64,000 nucleotides of DNA from Chrysomallon squamiferum (GCA_012295275.1 CM022671.1:32054001-32118000), one strand, 5' to 3'. Shown: positions 1 through 13,143, counted from the stretch's first letter. Notes: generated by a model not told the origin, from the letters alone. Numbers and translations are program-made.

Positions 1-345
1 TCATTTGTTTATTTGTTAACTGATTTTCCTACCATTTTTATTTATTCTTTATAATATAAATTAAATATATACTATATTATATACATAAATGTGTACATAC
101 ATACATAGACAGACACAGATGTATGGACATCAATATATCCATCTTTCTATTCATACATACAGAGTGACAGACAGATATGCACATGTACATATATCTGTCC
201 ATACACACACAGACAAAGTGTTAACTGGAGAGAATTCATGCTTATCAATGGTTTCTTTATTATACAATATTATTATACAGTGTTTATTATTTTTATAATA
301 ATATTATACAATATTTATTACACAGTGTTCATTACACGTTATTAG

Positions 346-362
346 TTCTTTAACTAAACAAG
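346..362 (+). promoter_or_regulatory. Candidate U12-type branch point and 3' splice site
   Basis: TTCTTTAAC at 346-354 is one mismatch from the U12 consensus TTCCTTAAC. It is followed by TAAACAAG with no polypyrimidine tract before the exon. Confidence 0.6.
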
Positions 363-492
363 TTCTCAGTTCTGATTGGTTCACTGTTTGATTCGTACAA
401 CAACTCTGTGTCCACATCCAGTCTTGATGAGCTTTGTCGCACCGTCCTAGCCTGGCTTGACCAGAACTGTTCTCTAGTCACCCTCCGACCTA
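363..492 (+). CDS. MLXIP: Mondo / MLX-interacting protein (MondoA/ChREBP family), penultimate coding exon (C-terminal DCD/WMC region)
   Basis: Hand translation gives FSVLIGSLFDSYNNSVSTSSLDELCRTVLAWLDQNCSLVTLRP plus 1 nt. This matches the remembered MondoA C-terminus (FSIIIKPLFESFKGMVSTSSLEELHRTALSWLDQHCSLPILRP) and the ChREBP equivalent. The exon is flanked by AG at 361-362 and GTAAGT at 493-498 (phase 1). Confidence 0.92.
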
Positions 493-498
493 GTAAGT

Positions 499-1055
499 TA
501 CCTACTTCTATTACTAGTAGTTGAAATAGTAGTTGTAATATTGGTAGTAGTAATAGCAACAGTAGCAATAACAGTAGTATTAGCAGTAGTCATCATAGCA
601 GTAGTAGTAGTAGTAGTAGTAGTAGCAGTTGATGTATTAGAAATAATAGTAGATGTAATAGTAGTAGTAACAGTAGATATAGATGTATAGTAGTAGTAGA
701 AGTAGTAGTAGTGGTAGCTGGCTTTGACATAGATTATTATAATCAGTAGTAGGACCACTAGTTGTAGCAGTAGTAGTTGTGATGGTGGTAGGTGGCTTCA
801 ACAGATTATTATAATCAGTAGTAGGAGTAGTAGTTGTAGCAGTAGTAGTTGTAGTAGTAGTAGATGTAGTAGTAGTAATAGTGGTGGTGGTAACTGGCTT
901 TGACATAGATTAATACAATCAATAGTAGCCATAATAACTGTAGTAGTAAAAGTAATGGTAGTAGTACAGGTCATTAGTGGTACAGTAGTAGCTGCAGTAG
1001 TAGTAGAAGTGATCATGGTGGTTGTAGTTGTAAAATGTGAGTAATATGAGTAGTA
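499..1055. repeat. Degenerate (GTA/TAG)n trinucleotide tract with an internal ~90-bp repeated unit, in the last Mondo intron
   Basis: Runs of gtagtagta. Variants of ggctttgacatagattattataatcagtagtagg recur near 720, 795 and 895. This tract produces the poly-Thr, poly-Leu and poly-Tyr ORFs. Confidence 0.85.
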
Positions 1056-1344
1056 GGTTATTATTATTAACTTGAGTAGTGATCAGTTCCTTGTGAAAGT
1101 TCTGAAGAATAATTATCAGGTAAAAAATTTCATTAAAAACAATAAAATATAACCAATATAGTAATGTCTCTTTTAGTTTTGTTTGAAATACAAAATCACA
1201 AATAAATGAAAAATGGTCAAAATTATTTTTACATTAGCTTATCACATTCAGTTCTTTGGTTTTGTTTCAGTGTAGATGAAAACCTCCTCTGGGTTAGTTT
1301 TAATTGTTTTTACGAGATTTCTAAAGATGTTTTTGTGTTTTCAG

Positions 1345-1470
1345 TGGTTCTCAACGCTCTCTGTCACCTGAGTACAACTACAAGTATTCTAACAGAGCCT
1401 GCCAGAGTTGAAAGAACAAGCCACTGAAGCTGTTACCAAAAATTCTAAAACTCGGCACCACACATCCTGA
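1345..1470 (+). CDS. MLXIP: Mondo/MLXIP terminal coding exon (apparent 1-nt frameshift near 1404-1407)
   Basis: Acceptor TTTTGTGTTTTCAG ends at 1344. The phase-1 join A+TG gives M, then VLNALCHLSTTTSILTEPAR, matching the family motif MVLSTLRQLSTSTSILTDPAQ. As written, the frame stops at 1425-1427 (VERTSH*). The family-like continuation LKEQATEAVTKNSKTRHHTS* lies in the +1 frame and ends TGA TAG at 1468-1473. Confidence 0.88.
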
Positions 1471-1900
1471 TAGCCCAGTTTGTAATTGGGACACGTTGTG
1501 ACAGCCCAGTTTGTAATCGGGACACATTGTGACGGCCCAGTTTTTAATTATAACACATTATGAAAGCCAAATTTTACAATTGGGATAAGTTAACAAGTAC
1601 AACACATTTGATAGTCAGGTTAACAAATGGTACATGTACAATAATCCATTTAGAAACTGGGATACATTCTGAATTTGGACATATCTTGTTAGTCGAGTTA
1701 TAATTTGCTAATGTATTCAGATACCAGTAAAAAAATATTTGGATAGATCCTGTTAAGCAACTGGGTTACATTTTTATACCCAGTTACTGTTTCTGAGAAC
1801 CCTGTTAACAACTGGGACAAATCTTGATGTCCTCAATAACAACTGGGACAAATTGTGGTTTGGTGCGAAACTTGGAGAAATGCCTGGTCATTACAACTGT
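1471..1900 (+). repeat. Decaying ~31-bp tandem repeat directly after the Mondo stop codon
   Basis: agcccagtttgtaattgggacacgttgtgac / agcccagtttgtaatcgggacacattgtgac / ggcccagtttttaattataacacattatgaa, then more diverged copies with an aactgggac core out to ~1900. Confidence 0.75.
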
Positions 1901-2919
1901 GATAATTTGCATGTTTTAAGTGCTATGGAAACCCATTTCATTTTTGGTTCGTTATCTGGTTCATTCTGGTTCATTAGCTGGTTCACGGATTAATCAGAAG
2001 CAGAAGTGAAATGATCTGCCAAAACAGATAGTTGTGTTTTCTTTACTGCTTTCAACACTGATTTTTAAAAAGTAAATAAAACAAATATATTTTATTCATA
2101 AGTGTGTGTGTCTGTCTGTCTGTCTGTCTGTTTGCTTACATCTGAGTGGGTATGAATGTGATTTGCACAAGGATATGTGTGCACAGGTTTGGATATGGTG
2201 TGTTTGCACGCACATGCATGAAAGTCTGCATGTTTATTTTTTAAATTGAGACATGTTTTTTTTTTAAGATTGTGCTTACGTCTAGAAATACACTAACATG
2301 CCAAACAGATGAGAATTTTCAGTTCAGAGCTTGGATAAAATGACAATCGGGTGTTTTATTTTGCTTCATTCGGTTTAATATTTGTCTTTGTGATAAACCT
2401 TTACATGCACATATATCTATATATGTAAATAACATTTGCACATTCTTACAGGCATATTTTAAACAATTCACATACATACAGGCATATATTGTGTGTGTAT
2501 ATATACATTCATATATACACACATACACAATCTTAAAAAAAAATGTTGACAATTTCTGGTTCTTTCTTTTTAATAATTATTTCCCTGACAAGGATTTAAA
2601 ATTAATTATAAACGTTAGATATAGCTAGATAATTTGTGATAAAATTCTTAAAATAGTTTCACTGAACAAATACAGAGAGAGAAAAATAAGTTTGTAACTT
2701 TATTCATTTCCATGTTAATTTGGAGACATCTTTGCAATATTTTATGTGTTTATTTATTTAATTATTTCTGTTAGATTCTGTTACTTTTCTGTTAGTTATA
2801 TCTGATGTGAATTTTGTTTTTATTTATTTTATTTGATTTATTGTTTTCAAAGCATTATCATTTGTGTTTTAGTGTAGATAGGATTAATGTGTTGTTGTTT
2901 TTTTTGTTGTAAACAATAT

Positions 2920-3055
2920 ATAAAAAAGCAAATAAAAAAACAACAATAAAATACCTGAAAAGCAACAATATATGTGTGTGTATACATATATATATATATA
3001 CATATATTGTTGCTTTTCAGGTATTTTATTGTTGTTTTTTTATTTGCTTTTTTAT
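2920..3055. repeat. Perfect 56-bp inverted repeat with a 24-nt TG/TA spacer
   Basis: 2920-2975 (ataaaaaagcaaataaaaaaacaacaataaaatacctgaaaagcaacaatatatgt) is the exact reverse complement of 3000-3055. Confidence 0.93.
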
Positions 3056-3873
3056 TATTTTATAATTTTTTTTTTTTTAATAGTTTAATGTGGTAAACTG
3101 AAAATGGCCAAAACAGTTCAAGTTAAATTATTTTCATTATCATCATCATTATTATTATTGTTACATGTAATATCATTATCATTATTACAATTATTACTAT
3201 TATAAAAAAATATATATATATATTTAATTAAAATTGTCTGGTTTATGTTTACATTTTGTTTCATATGCTGTAATCATAAAATAATTTGAGTCATTTAATG
3301 TATGCTGTCACAGAAGCCAAAAATGTATTTGGTCTTTTTTCATTATTTATATTTTTTTTACAAATTTACTTTTGAATTATTGTTTTTATTTAAATAAAAT
3401 TTTTAGGGGGTTGGAGGTGTTGTAATTTATTTAAAATGTCAGTTGTATTTCACAGTTCAGTTTTCATTATGGTTGGTAAATTAAACAAGTGGGAAAAATT
3501 TTACAGGTAAAAATATTTTTATTTGAATTGACACATACATAAACATGTATCAAATACATTATCCTTTTTTTTTATTCTGAAAAATTATAATAAATAATTA
3601 GTTTATTCCAGTAACTACAAAATTAGTGTAACTAGATAAAGTTAATTACAGAATACTTTATCCCAGTAACTATGGAAACGATGTTTTAAATACATGATTT
3701 ATTAACATTTATTTGAATGTCTGTCTTCTAGTTAATAATTATCTATATTATAGACTCAGCATTTCATAACATCATTGCTTTAGGATCTTGGCATAATATA
3801 ACTTAAGCCTGATGTACATAAGGATTATTGGCTTGGAATAATGAATAGCTTTATAATTATAATGGATGTAGAT

Positions 3874-3877
<4 letters not shown>

Positions 3878-3912
<35 letters not shown>
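3878..3912. repeat. (CA)n microsatellite
   Basis: Direct reading. Confidence 0.95.
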
Positions 3913-3915
<3 letters not shown>

Positions 3916-4867
3916 TAGCTTTATTTAAAGTATAAAGGCTTGTATTGATAAAACAACTTAACTTTATATTGTGACTTAATAAATATAACAGCTTGATTTA
4001 AGATGCACTGGCTTGTTATATAAAAGCTTAGCTTTATTTAGTTTGTAAATGGCCTGATGTTGTAGACAGATAGCTTAGAGTAGAGGCTTTATATAAAATA
4101 TAATGCTTCCTAAATATGAAGTCAGATATATAAATGTCTTTCTAGTCTGAACATTTTGCATAATTCTACGTGTGTTTTTATACTGACATTTTTTTTTTTT
4201 TATGTTTCTTGACCTTTTTTTTTCATTCTCTTTAAAATTGGATTGATGTATTTTTAACTAATAAAAAAAAAATTTTTTATATTTACTTTTTAGACAGCTT
4301 CTGCTTTTAAAATGTTTGGGCTGAATGGATGTATTAATATGAGTGAAAGTATGTTTATTGTATGTATGTATTTATGTGTTGTTTTTTCTTAAAGGTGTGT
4401 ATGTATGTAATCATTTACATATACATATGTAAATATAAGTGTGTGTTGCACATGTTGGTATGAATATATGGTATAATTACCTTTATCTTTTATCGTGTAA
4501 TTATTAATATGGTACATATTTAAACATATATATATATATATAGTTAATTATCCAAACATTTTATTGGTGCTATGTAAAAAAATTTTTTTACAAAGTACTG
4601 GAATGTTTTATGAATGAAAAGAAAAATTATTTTCAAAGTGCCTTTGAAATTGAAACACTGCATTTTTATATTTAAACTTTTCTTTTTGTTTTTCACTTTC
4701 TCATGACAGTCCAAAAGGTGAGCTTTTAACACGTTAGAAAGTAATGTGCGGCAAATTTGTGATATGGGTTTGGGGAGAGACATTGAGTGTGATCCGTAAT
4801 TCCATTATGAAGAATTTTTACTATGAAAAGTTCAAAAATATATTTAATATTCTGTGTCCTCTAGACC

Positions 4868-4908
<41 letters not shown>

Positions 4909-6233
4909 TTCTGTCAAAATAAAAATGACTGTTTTACAAAATTCAAGGAAACGAGAATAAGGCTGTTGTTATTGGTTTTTGGATTTTTTTTTTTTTTCTT
5001 TTCAGTGTTTTTCTTGGTTTGTGGGGTTTTTTATTATTAATTTTTTTTTTTTAATTATTTTTTTTTTTTTTTTTTTTTTTGCCTTTTTTATTTTTTTTTT
5101 TAAATTTTTAAAAAAAAATTAAAATTTTAATTTAAAAGTTGTTAATAGAAAAATTGGCAACATGTTAATGAATAAAATAGAAATATTTTTTTTTAAAAAA
5201 TGTCTTTTAATGGTATTTATATGCCTTTTCCAAAAGAGGATATGTAGTTAGTGGAACTTTTATTTATAGTATTCTTTTCTAAATTGCAAATCCATTTATA
5301 TTATATTAGTACTTTATCACCAGTTTATAAAAGTGGGAGGTACCTACTGCATTGCCTGGAAAAGTATATGTAAATATCACTTTTCACTCTCACCATGTTT
5401 TTTTACAAAGTAAAATGAGCACTTCATGGACAAGTAGATATGTGTGTTTCTACATACAGATATAAATATAGAGAGAGAGCTTTCCCAGTGTATGACTGGT
5501 TTTGACATTCAATAAGTTTATAAAGATAACATTAGTAATTCAGTGAAAGTTCATCAAAGTCTGTCGTATGTGTTTCTCTGTCTTGTAAAATGTAAATAAA
5601 CCATTTTCAGTGGTTTTGTTAAATTACTGTACTTTATTTGTTTATAACTTTACTACATAGAGTTGCATTTTTCCATTCTTGCTAAATCAAAGTCCATGAT
5701 GTTTTCTGCTCTGATTATGTCAAATGTAAATTTAAACAATTGTGTATTATATCTATTTTTGTTTTTACTCACAAATAAAGTATTTGCTGCCGCAACTTGT
5801 TAAAATGTAAATTAAAAATAATTCCATTGACAGCAGTTACATGTAGGTATTATTTATAAATTTATTTTCTCTGTATATCAAAGTTTTGGCTATTTGCTGC
5901 CTTGACCTGTTTCATGAAAATAACCCTTGTCAACTGGACAGTTGCTTTGTGCATGCAGTAAAGTTTACATTGTGATTAATTTTTTCGCTGCGTAGAAGTC
6001 TAGAGTATGTGCTTGTAAAGTTTAAATATACATTTTTCATGACATATTTAATCATACTGTTTAATGATTTAATTCATATTTTTTATTTGCATTGTTCACA
6101 GATGACTGTTTATCGTCTACAGATGTACTAGCACAAAGGGGTGAATGTGTGGTTTTAATTGTTTGTGTGGCTATGTGTGATGTGAAGGAATTTCTTTTTG
6201 ACGTTTGTGTTTGATTTTGAATATGTATATAAG

Positions 6234-6234
<1 letters not shown>

Positions 6235-6267
<33 letters not shown>
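6235..6267. repeat. (TG)n microsatellite
   Basis: Direct reading. Confidence 0.95.
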
Positions 6268-6268
<1 letters not shown>

Positions 6269-6908
6269 ACAACTGAGCAATAAAGTATGTGTATTTATTC
6301 TTTGGCTGTGTAAATATTACCTACTATATTTAATCATACTTTAGTAATACTTGACAGTATGTCACTGAAGGTACATTAAGTAAGGCTTGTTTTTGTTGGT
6401 TTTTTTTTTTTTTTTTTTAATTGGTTCAGTTATTGTTTATTAAGAAAGCACAAAATATTAACTTAAAAGTAATTGTTGTTTCACAACTTAGAAAAAAGTT
6501 ACAATATTTTAAAATTGAGAAACTCCTTTCCAAGTTGAATATTTTTATATCAGTTGTGCCCAATTCTTTTTCTTTTTTAATGTATTCTCGGAGTTATTTA
6601 TTTATTTGACCAGAAACATTACTGTAAATAAAAAATTTAAAATGTTAGAATAAAGAAAAACAACTTCAGTTTCTTTTTAAAAATATTGTACTTGTTCCTC
6701 ATTATTCCTGATTACTGTAAGTACCTTTAGTGACAACTGGTCACATTGCGTAGCTAACATTATTATTTAATGTATGAAGACAGACAATTAAAAATAAAAC
6801 TTTAAAAAATAAAAAAAATATTTACTGAATATTTACAAAACATATGGGCAAGCAGCTTTTTATATTTTATTTTTGTTTTTATTTATTGCTTAAATTTAAA
6901 TATGGAAA

Positions 6909-6945
<37 letters not shown>

Positions 6946-7962
6946 GACATTTTTGTAGTTTTAAATTTTTTTTAGTATTTTATTTGTACCTAGTCTGTAC
7001 CAAGATATGCACTTTCTGTTAGTTATAGAGTTTATAGATTTGTCTCAATTTTTTTTAAATCATAAAGTTGATATTGTCCCGCTGTCAAACAAATGTCAAT
7101 AGTTATTTTATTGTTAATTTTAATTTTTTCATTCATTTTGTTGTTTTTGTGTTTATTTCTGTGTTTTTCCTTTGATTATAATTACTGATATGACTTGATA
7201 ATTATTCAGAAAATAAGAAATAATTTAATTTAAAAAAAACCATGTAAATTGGAACTAGAGAAAGTTTATATGCAATTTATAAAAGTGGATCAATGAAATC
7301 AGTGAAGTCCTTGAAGTTAATACTTCAGATTTTTTTCAAAAATATAATACAAGTAAACATGCATACATACAGACATACATATTTACACATCTATAAACAT
7401 ATTGTACATCCATATGTGTAAAACACACACAAATTTCTACACATGCTTACTGTTTTTTTATTGTTTTTGTTCTCTGTCTTGAAACTAAATTTCTGTTACA
7501 AAAGTTTAAATCATAATATTTCTAAAGCTTCATCTTTCTTTTTTATTTGTTTATGTTTTAAAAAAATATATATATATATATATATACAGTGTATTTATGC
7601 AAATGGTCTTTCAGCCATGTTAACGCACAAACAGCTGATTAATATAATTTAACAAGAAAAAAAAATTATGTTGTACTAAATTCTCAGGTGTGAAAACATT
7701 AAAAAAAATATTTTTTACCTAACACAATAAAATAATTCTTCCCATATGTAATGTTTTATCGTAATTATTAATGATTGAAGTTTTAAAGTTATGCCTCAGA
7801 CATGTTGAATTATAAAGGCCATTTTAAGGGGTTTTTTATTTATTAATATTATAATTTGTTATTTTACTGTTGTTACTACATTACCTTTTTTGTTATTCTC
7901 ACAAATAATAAAGAATTAGATAATTTTTATTTTTATTTATATATTTTTATTTATTATTTTTT

Positions 7963-8014
<52 letters not shown>

Positions 8015-8362
8015 GAGTTGGTTGTGAAAGTGGCAGCAATTTTAAAATTTCTAAGTAATGTCTTCAACAAATCTACTGAAACAAAGATGCAAAAGTCAAC
8101 TTCCTAAAAATTTAATTTGTTTAAGTTGATAATTTAACTAATAATGAAGAAGTGGATCCTTGATTTTAAACAAAATAAATAATGGTTTTATTTTTTTTTT
8201 TTTTTTGACTTTATAATTAGTTATTTCATAGTACTGATTTTTGAGTTTTTTATTTTTTTTAAGCTTATCAATTTCAATAAAAAAATTATTAAATGTTAAT
8301 AATTTAGTCAATTAATGTTTTTATAAAGTTTTCAAATCTCTGTAATGAATGCATGTAGTTAG

Positions 8363-8404
<42 letters not shown>

Positions 8405-9519
8405 TATTATTATGATCATTATTATTAATAATTTTTTATTATTGTTATTAGTTAATTTTTAGAGTCCCAAATTTTAGTTATTTTCATTGTTTTTCAAGTA
8501 GACATATTCAAGTTTGGGTTTTTTTTTAGAAATAGATAAATTGTTTTAGTAAGTGTTTATTTTAGTCATTTTAAGGGCAGCAGTCTGAGTAGACTTTGTG
8601 TACTTACTGGTTTGTCTGTGCAAATGACGAATGAGTTGTTTTGTTATAGTAAAATATTGCCAATGACACGTTTTGCCTTAATACAGAAATCTAGATTGTT
8701 TTGTCTGTTATTTGAATATCCCATGTAAATAAATTCAGTATTAATCATTTTATTTTTAAACTATTAAATGTTATAGTTGTTTATCGAGTTTTAGGAATGA
8801 AAAAAAAGTAGTTTTTACTGGCAAATGTGTGAGCTGTTTTTAATTATGCTTCCACCAGAATAGTTAAAGTATTTTCACAGCATTTAGAGTTTTAATATGT
8901 TTAGATGCTTGATTCCGTTAAAATGGAACAGACAATTAATAAATCTATGATAGTGGTTTGTTTTTTGGAGGAATTTTGGTGGTATATATCCTCTCTTTTT
9001 TTTTTTTTTTAATTGATAAATAAAAAACTTTTTAATGGATTCCTGTGCATGTCCAAAATTTTCCTCAACCAGATTTATTTTCATGTCTTCAGAATATTTT
9101 TTCTTCTTAGGAACATCTTATTTCAAAGATGTGAATTGAAAGCTACTTTGTACAAAAATAATGCAATCATGGAAAACAAACTAATCACATAGGCATTGGT
9201 TGAAAATTTCCTTCAGCACAAATTAGCTAGAAAAATATATGAGAAATAGTTTGCATTTGTTTTTGTTTGTTGTTTTTTTAACTGATTACTAATTTCATTC
9301 AAAAACCTCATAATCATGTAACACTAACCTTAGTTTTAACAATAAATTTTCATTTGCTTCATCCCCAATCTTAGCCAGTACCAGGGTAAAAACAGTTAAA
9401 ATGTGTGTGTTGTCTTTAGTTTTCACTTTTATATAACATCAGCCATGACAAAAATTAAAGACAGTGATTTAAATCAGTTTGAATACAGACAGCTTTAATT
9501 CTTATTTTTAATACAGTGT

Positions 9520-9900
9520 GTACAAAAATGGAGAATGTTGATTCAAAAATGACTGATGATAATGTGTGCAGTTTATACCATGGTAAAAAATGAGCATGAT
9601 GCAAAGTGAAATGTGCAAAATTGTGCAAAATTTTAACCATGGTGAAAAGTTAATGTGTGCAAAATAAATAAATATAATGTGTGCAGAATTTGATGTCAAG
9701 GTACAAGTTAATGTGTGCAAAAATCACTACTGATTAAAATGCAAAAATTTGGCATTATAGTTTGAAGTTAATTAGTGGAAAATTTGGTGTGGTAATGTTG
9801 CTATATCAAAATTGCAGTTATGAAAAAGAAATTTGCAAAAATTTGCTCTGTGATGTAAAACTGAATTATGTGGGTGCAAATATTGACACTGTGGTGAAAA
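9520..9900. repeat. Degenerate tandem repeat with an aatgtgtgcaaaa core
   Basis: Recurrent (t)aatgtgtgca(a/g) and ccatggt(g)aaaa motifs at irregular spacing. Confidence 0.55.
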
Positions 9901-11859
9901 ATTCCTGGGATCAAAATTAAAAGAACCTAAAAGAGTAAGTATATTACAGAATTGGAATTTAAATCATAATACTTTCCTAATCCCAACAGATTATTTATTG
10001 CTAAATTGGTCTAACAGAAGCAAGCCTTTTATTATTTGGTATTATTTATTTCTACATGAACTAGAATAAAATTTCTAAAGAAAATGTAGGTCCAGAACAC
10101 TAAATGTATTTACTGCATAAGATTTGCACTAGTCCTGATATTTTTTCACCATTGTGAATTCAACATTTGCACATGTAAATCATTGTTAGTGTCAGTTTTA
10201 AATGGATTTTAGTCCAGATATGAAAGAAAAATAAATAATACAAGTAACATTTAAGATTATTGTAAATGCAGAGAATTTAAAAAACTGGTGTTAATTTCGA
10301 GATGATGTGCAAAATAAGCTGCAATTCAAGAAAGACTTCAGATTTTGTTTTGTCAAAGAGAAATGTTTTGTACATTGTAGATCTGTTGTCTTATTAATCT
10401 CAGTTGTTGATTTGTGTCTGTGTACTTTTACTGTACATCAATAAAATGTTGAAAGACAAAACTCACTTGTTGTTTTTATTTTTTTTATATACAAGTTGTT
10501 TTTCGGGGTTCTATTTTATTTTACTGGCAGTTGCTTTGATGAGTTTAATTGTTAATATATTTTTATTTTTATGGGTCTTTTTGTTTGTTTTCTAATTATT
10601 AAAATACACAGATGTCACACATTTATGGTTATGGTTTTGTGTTTGTATTTTAAATTTTTAAATTTATTTTATATTTATTTTTTTTTTTTTTTTTTTTTTT
10701 ATTTATTTAAAGGATCTGGGATGCAAAAAAAGATAAATAAATATAATGATTATAATTTAACCTTTTGTTGTCGTTTTGTTGTGGTTTACTTGCATTGATG
10801 TGACTATTCTTTTGTTATTGATACTGTTTCACATTTTTATTGGTTAAAAAATTAAAAAAGTATTTTTCTAAGTAAATATGTTAATTATATGCACAGTTAT
10901 ATAAATGATTTATTCATTTTCAATTCAGAGTAACACAAATTTGAATAATTTTATTTCACCTTTTTCTTTTTTATTTATGTTTATTTTTTTATTTTTTTTA
11001 TTTTTTCATTAAGTGATTATGACAATAAAGACTGAGTCTCCATGAACTTAACAATAACAAAATATTAAAACAGACCAAGTATCCACACAAATGAGGATAT
11101 TCAGTTTTCCCTGATCAAGTAGCTTCAGTAGTACAAACAATAAACAGGATTGAACTTAGATATGAGAAAGAAAGATTAATAAAACAGTCTGGCCTTATTT
11201 CTAACAGAAATTTATAAATGTGTTCTTTTTAATTTTAGAATAATTGTTTTGATGATTTTTTTTATTTTTTTTTTTTTTTTTTTTTGGGTTAATCTCTTGG
11301 GGAAGGGTTTTTTGTTTGTTTTTTTTAAATTATATAATAATGTGTCAGTGATATACTTTTCCTAAATTCATTCATTAAACACAGACAACAACTGTTTATA
11401 TTTTTGTTTTTTTTATTTATTTCATCTTTTTTTCTTTATTTTTAATTTATTCATTTATATTTAAATAGTAAATATGTTTTGATACAAATTTTAGCAAATA
11501 ACTTTTTAAAAAGTAAAAGAAAATTCAAATAAACTGCATGACAGTCAACAAGTACAGGAAGTTTTTATTTTCATTCCAGTTTAATGCTGAAAAACTGAAA
11601 CATAACAATGAAAGTTAATTATTTAAAAGACTGAGTCTTTAGGAAAATAATACAAAACAATAAACAACACAGACTGAGTATACACAAAGCTATTGGATTA
11701 CAGACATCAGCTCAAATAATATTAGACAGACATCTGTATGAATGTTTACACTAATCTGATGATGATAAATGATAGACTTATTCTGTTGTAGATTTACCTA
11801 GTCCAGGTAAAGATTTAGCTTATTAAGATGACTGATAACACAATGGCCAAGATCAATAC

Positions 11860-11884
11860 ATATATGCTTACCTATACATGTTTA

Positions 11885-11928
<44 letters not shown>

Positions 11929-12530
11929 CACACACACACACACATTCATACATATAAAAATCACGTACAAACATGTATTACACATACAAATACATACACA
12001 CAACATACATTAAATTTTATATTTGCATGCACATATATACATATCCACACACACACACAATCATACACAAATACACATGTACATGCACACATGTAGATAT
12101 ACAGATGTACACATTCCACAAATATGTATAGGTTACAATATAAAATTTCAGATCTGTTAACTAAATGTATATATTAACTACAACACACTTTGTTGTTTCT
12201 TACTCAAGTTTCTTCTCTTTTACTAAATTAATACATTACAAACACCTACATCACACACACACTTAGATGTGTGCACATGCAGATGCATACATACATTCCC
12301 AAATATATACACAATATATTTAAAAAATATATAATACACACATGCTGCATATTTGTATAATACACAATATACAAACTCATATATAAATGCATATGAATAT
12401 AAACACATATATCTTACAAGCATACACATAAAATTATAAGCATATGCACATCCACATACACATACACAGACACATATACTCATATACAAAGTATACTTAT
12501 AAATACATACATACATACTCATACATATAC
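11860..12530. repeat. Compound (TA)n/(CA)n/(CATA)n low-complexity tract
   Basis: Direct reading. It is the source of the YIYI, HTHT and CVCV ORFs. Confidence 0.85.
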
Positions 12531-13143
12531 CTAAAGGACGTATCCATCAAAATGTAATATACAACACTTTTCAAAGAGTTACTCTTACCATATCATAATC
12601 TGTAATATTCATTTTTTTTCATTAGATAATCAATTAATAAATAAATAAACACTTTAAAATAATAATTAAAAACATGCTTTTTTCTATACTGTTTGTCTGT
12701 TCATTTGTATATCTGCGCACACAATTACATTGAACATGTGATGTGGCCTGCCTGTGCATGTGTATGTGCATGTGTTTTTGTTAAATAAAACACCACTGTA
12801 ATTTGTATTAAGATCAGTAAATGCACAAGAACAATGTGAATCAATATATTAATTACCGATATTTAGTTTTATTATTTACTCAGTCTACAAAACATGAATA
12901 TTCTTTCCGTTACTGATTGATAATGCAGGTCTGTAGTTTCCAACAACAGTTGTTGTGAATATACTATCAGAGGAAATTACTGAACAGTATATTCCTAACC
13001 ACTGATGTCTGTTATCAAAGAAACATTAGTGGGCTGACATGACAATCATTATGTCAGAGATTGCTTCTATCTTTAGGCAAACATGGATTATAATTTGTTT
13101 TTAAATTGATAACTGATACACACGTTTATATGTGTCTGCGCAT

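Larger units (their letters stand above)
1471..11029 (+). other. Putative long 3'UTR / 3' region of the Mondo gene (end uncertain)
   Basis: No credible exons. T-rich + strand, CpG depletion and many TGTAHATA elements. Several AATAAA candidates (~5595, ~5774, ~6279, ~6649, 11024). Confidence 0.45.

Noticed and set aside
350-1016. Minus-strand signal-peptide-like and mucin-like (poly-Thr/Leu) ORFs
   Set aside because: These are translations of the (GTA)n intronic tract and the antisense of the Mondo exon.
1206-1344. N-terminal part of ORF 1206..1427 as coding
   Set aside because: It is intronic. Homology starts exactly at the acceptor at 1344/1345.
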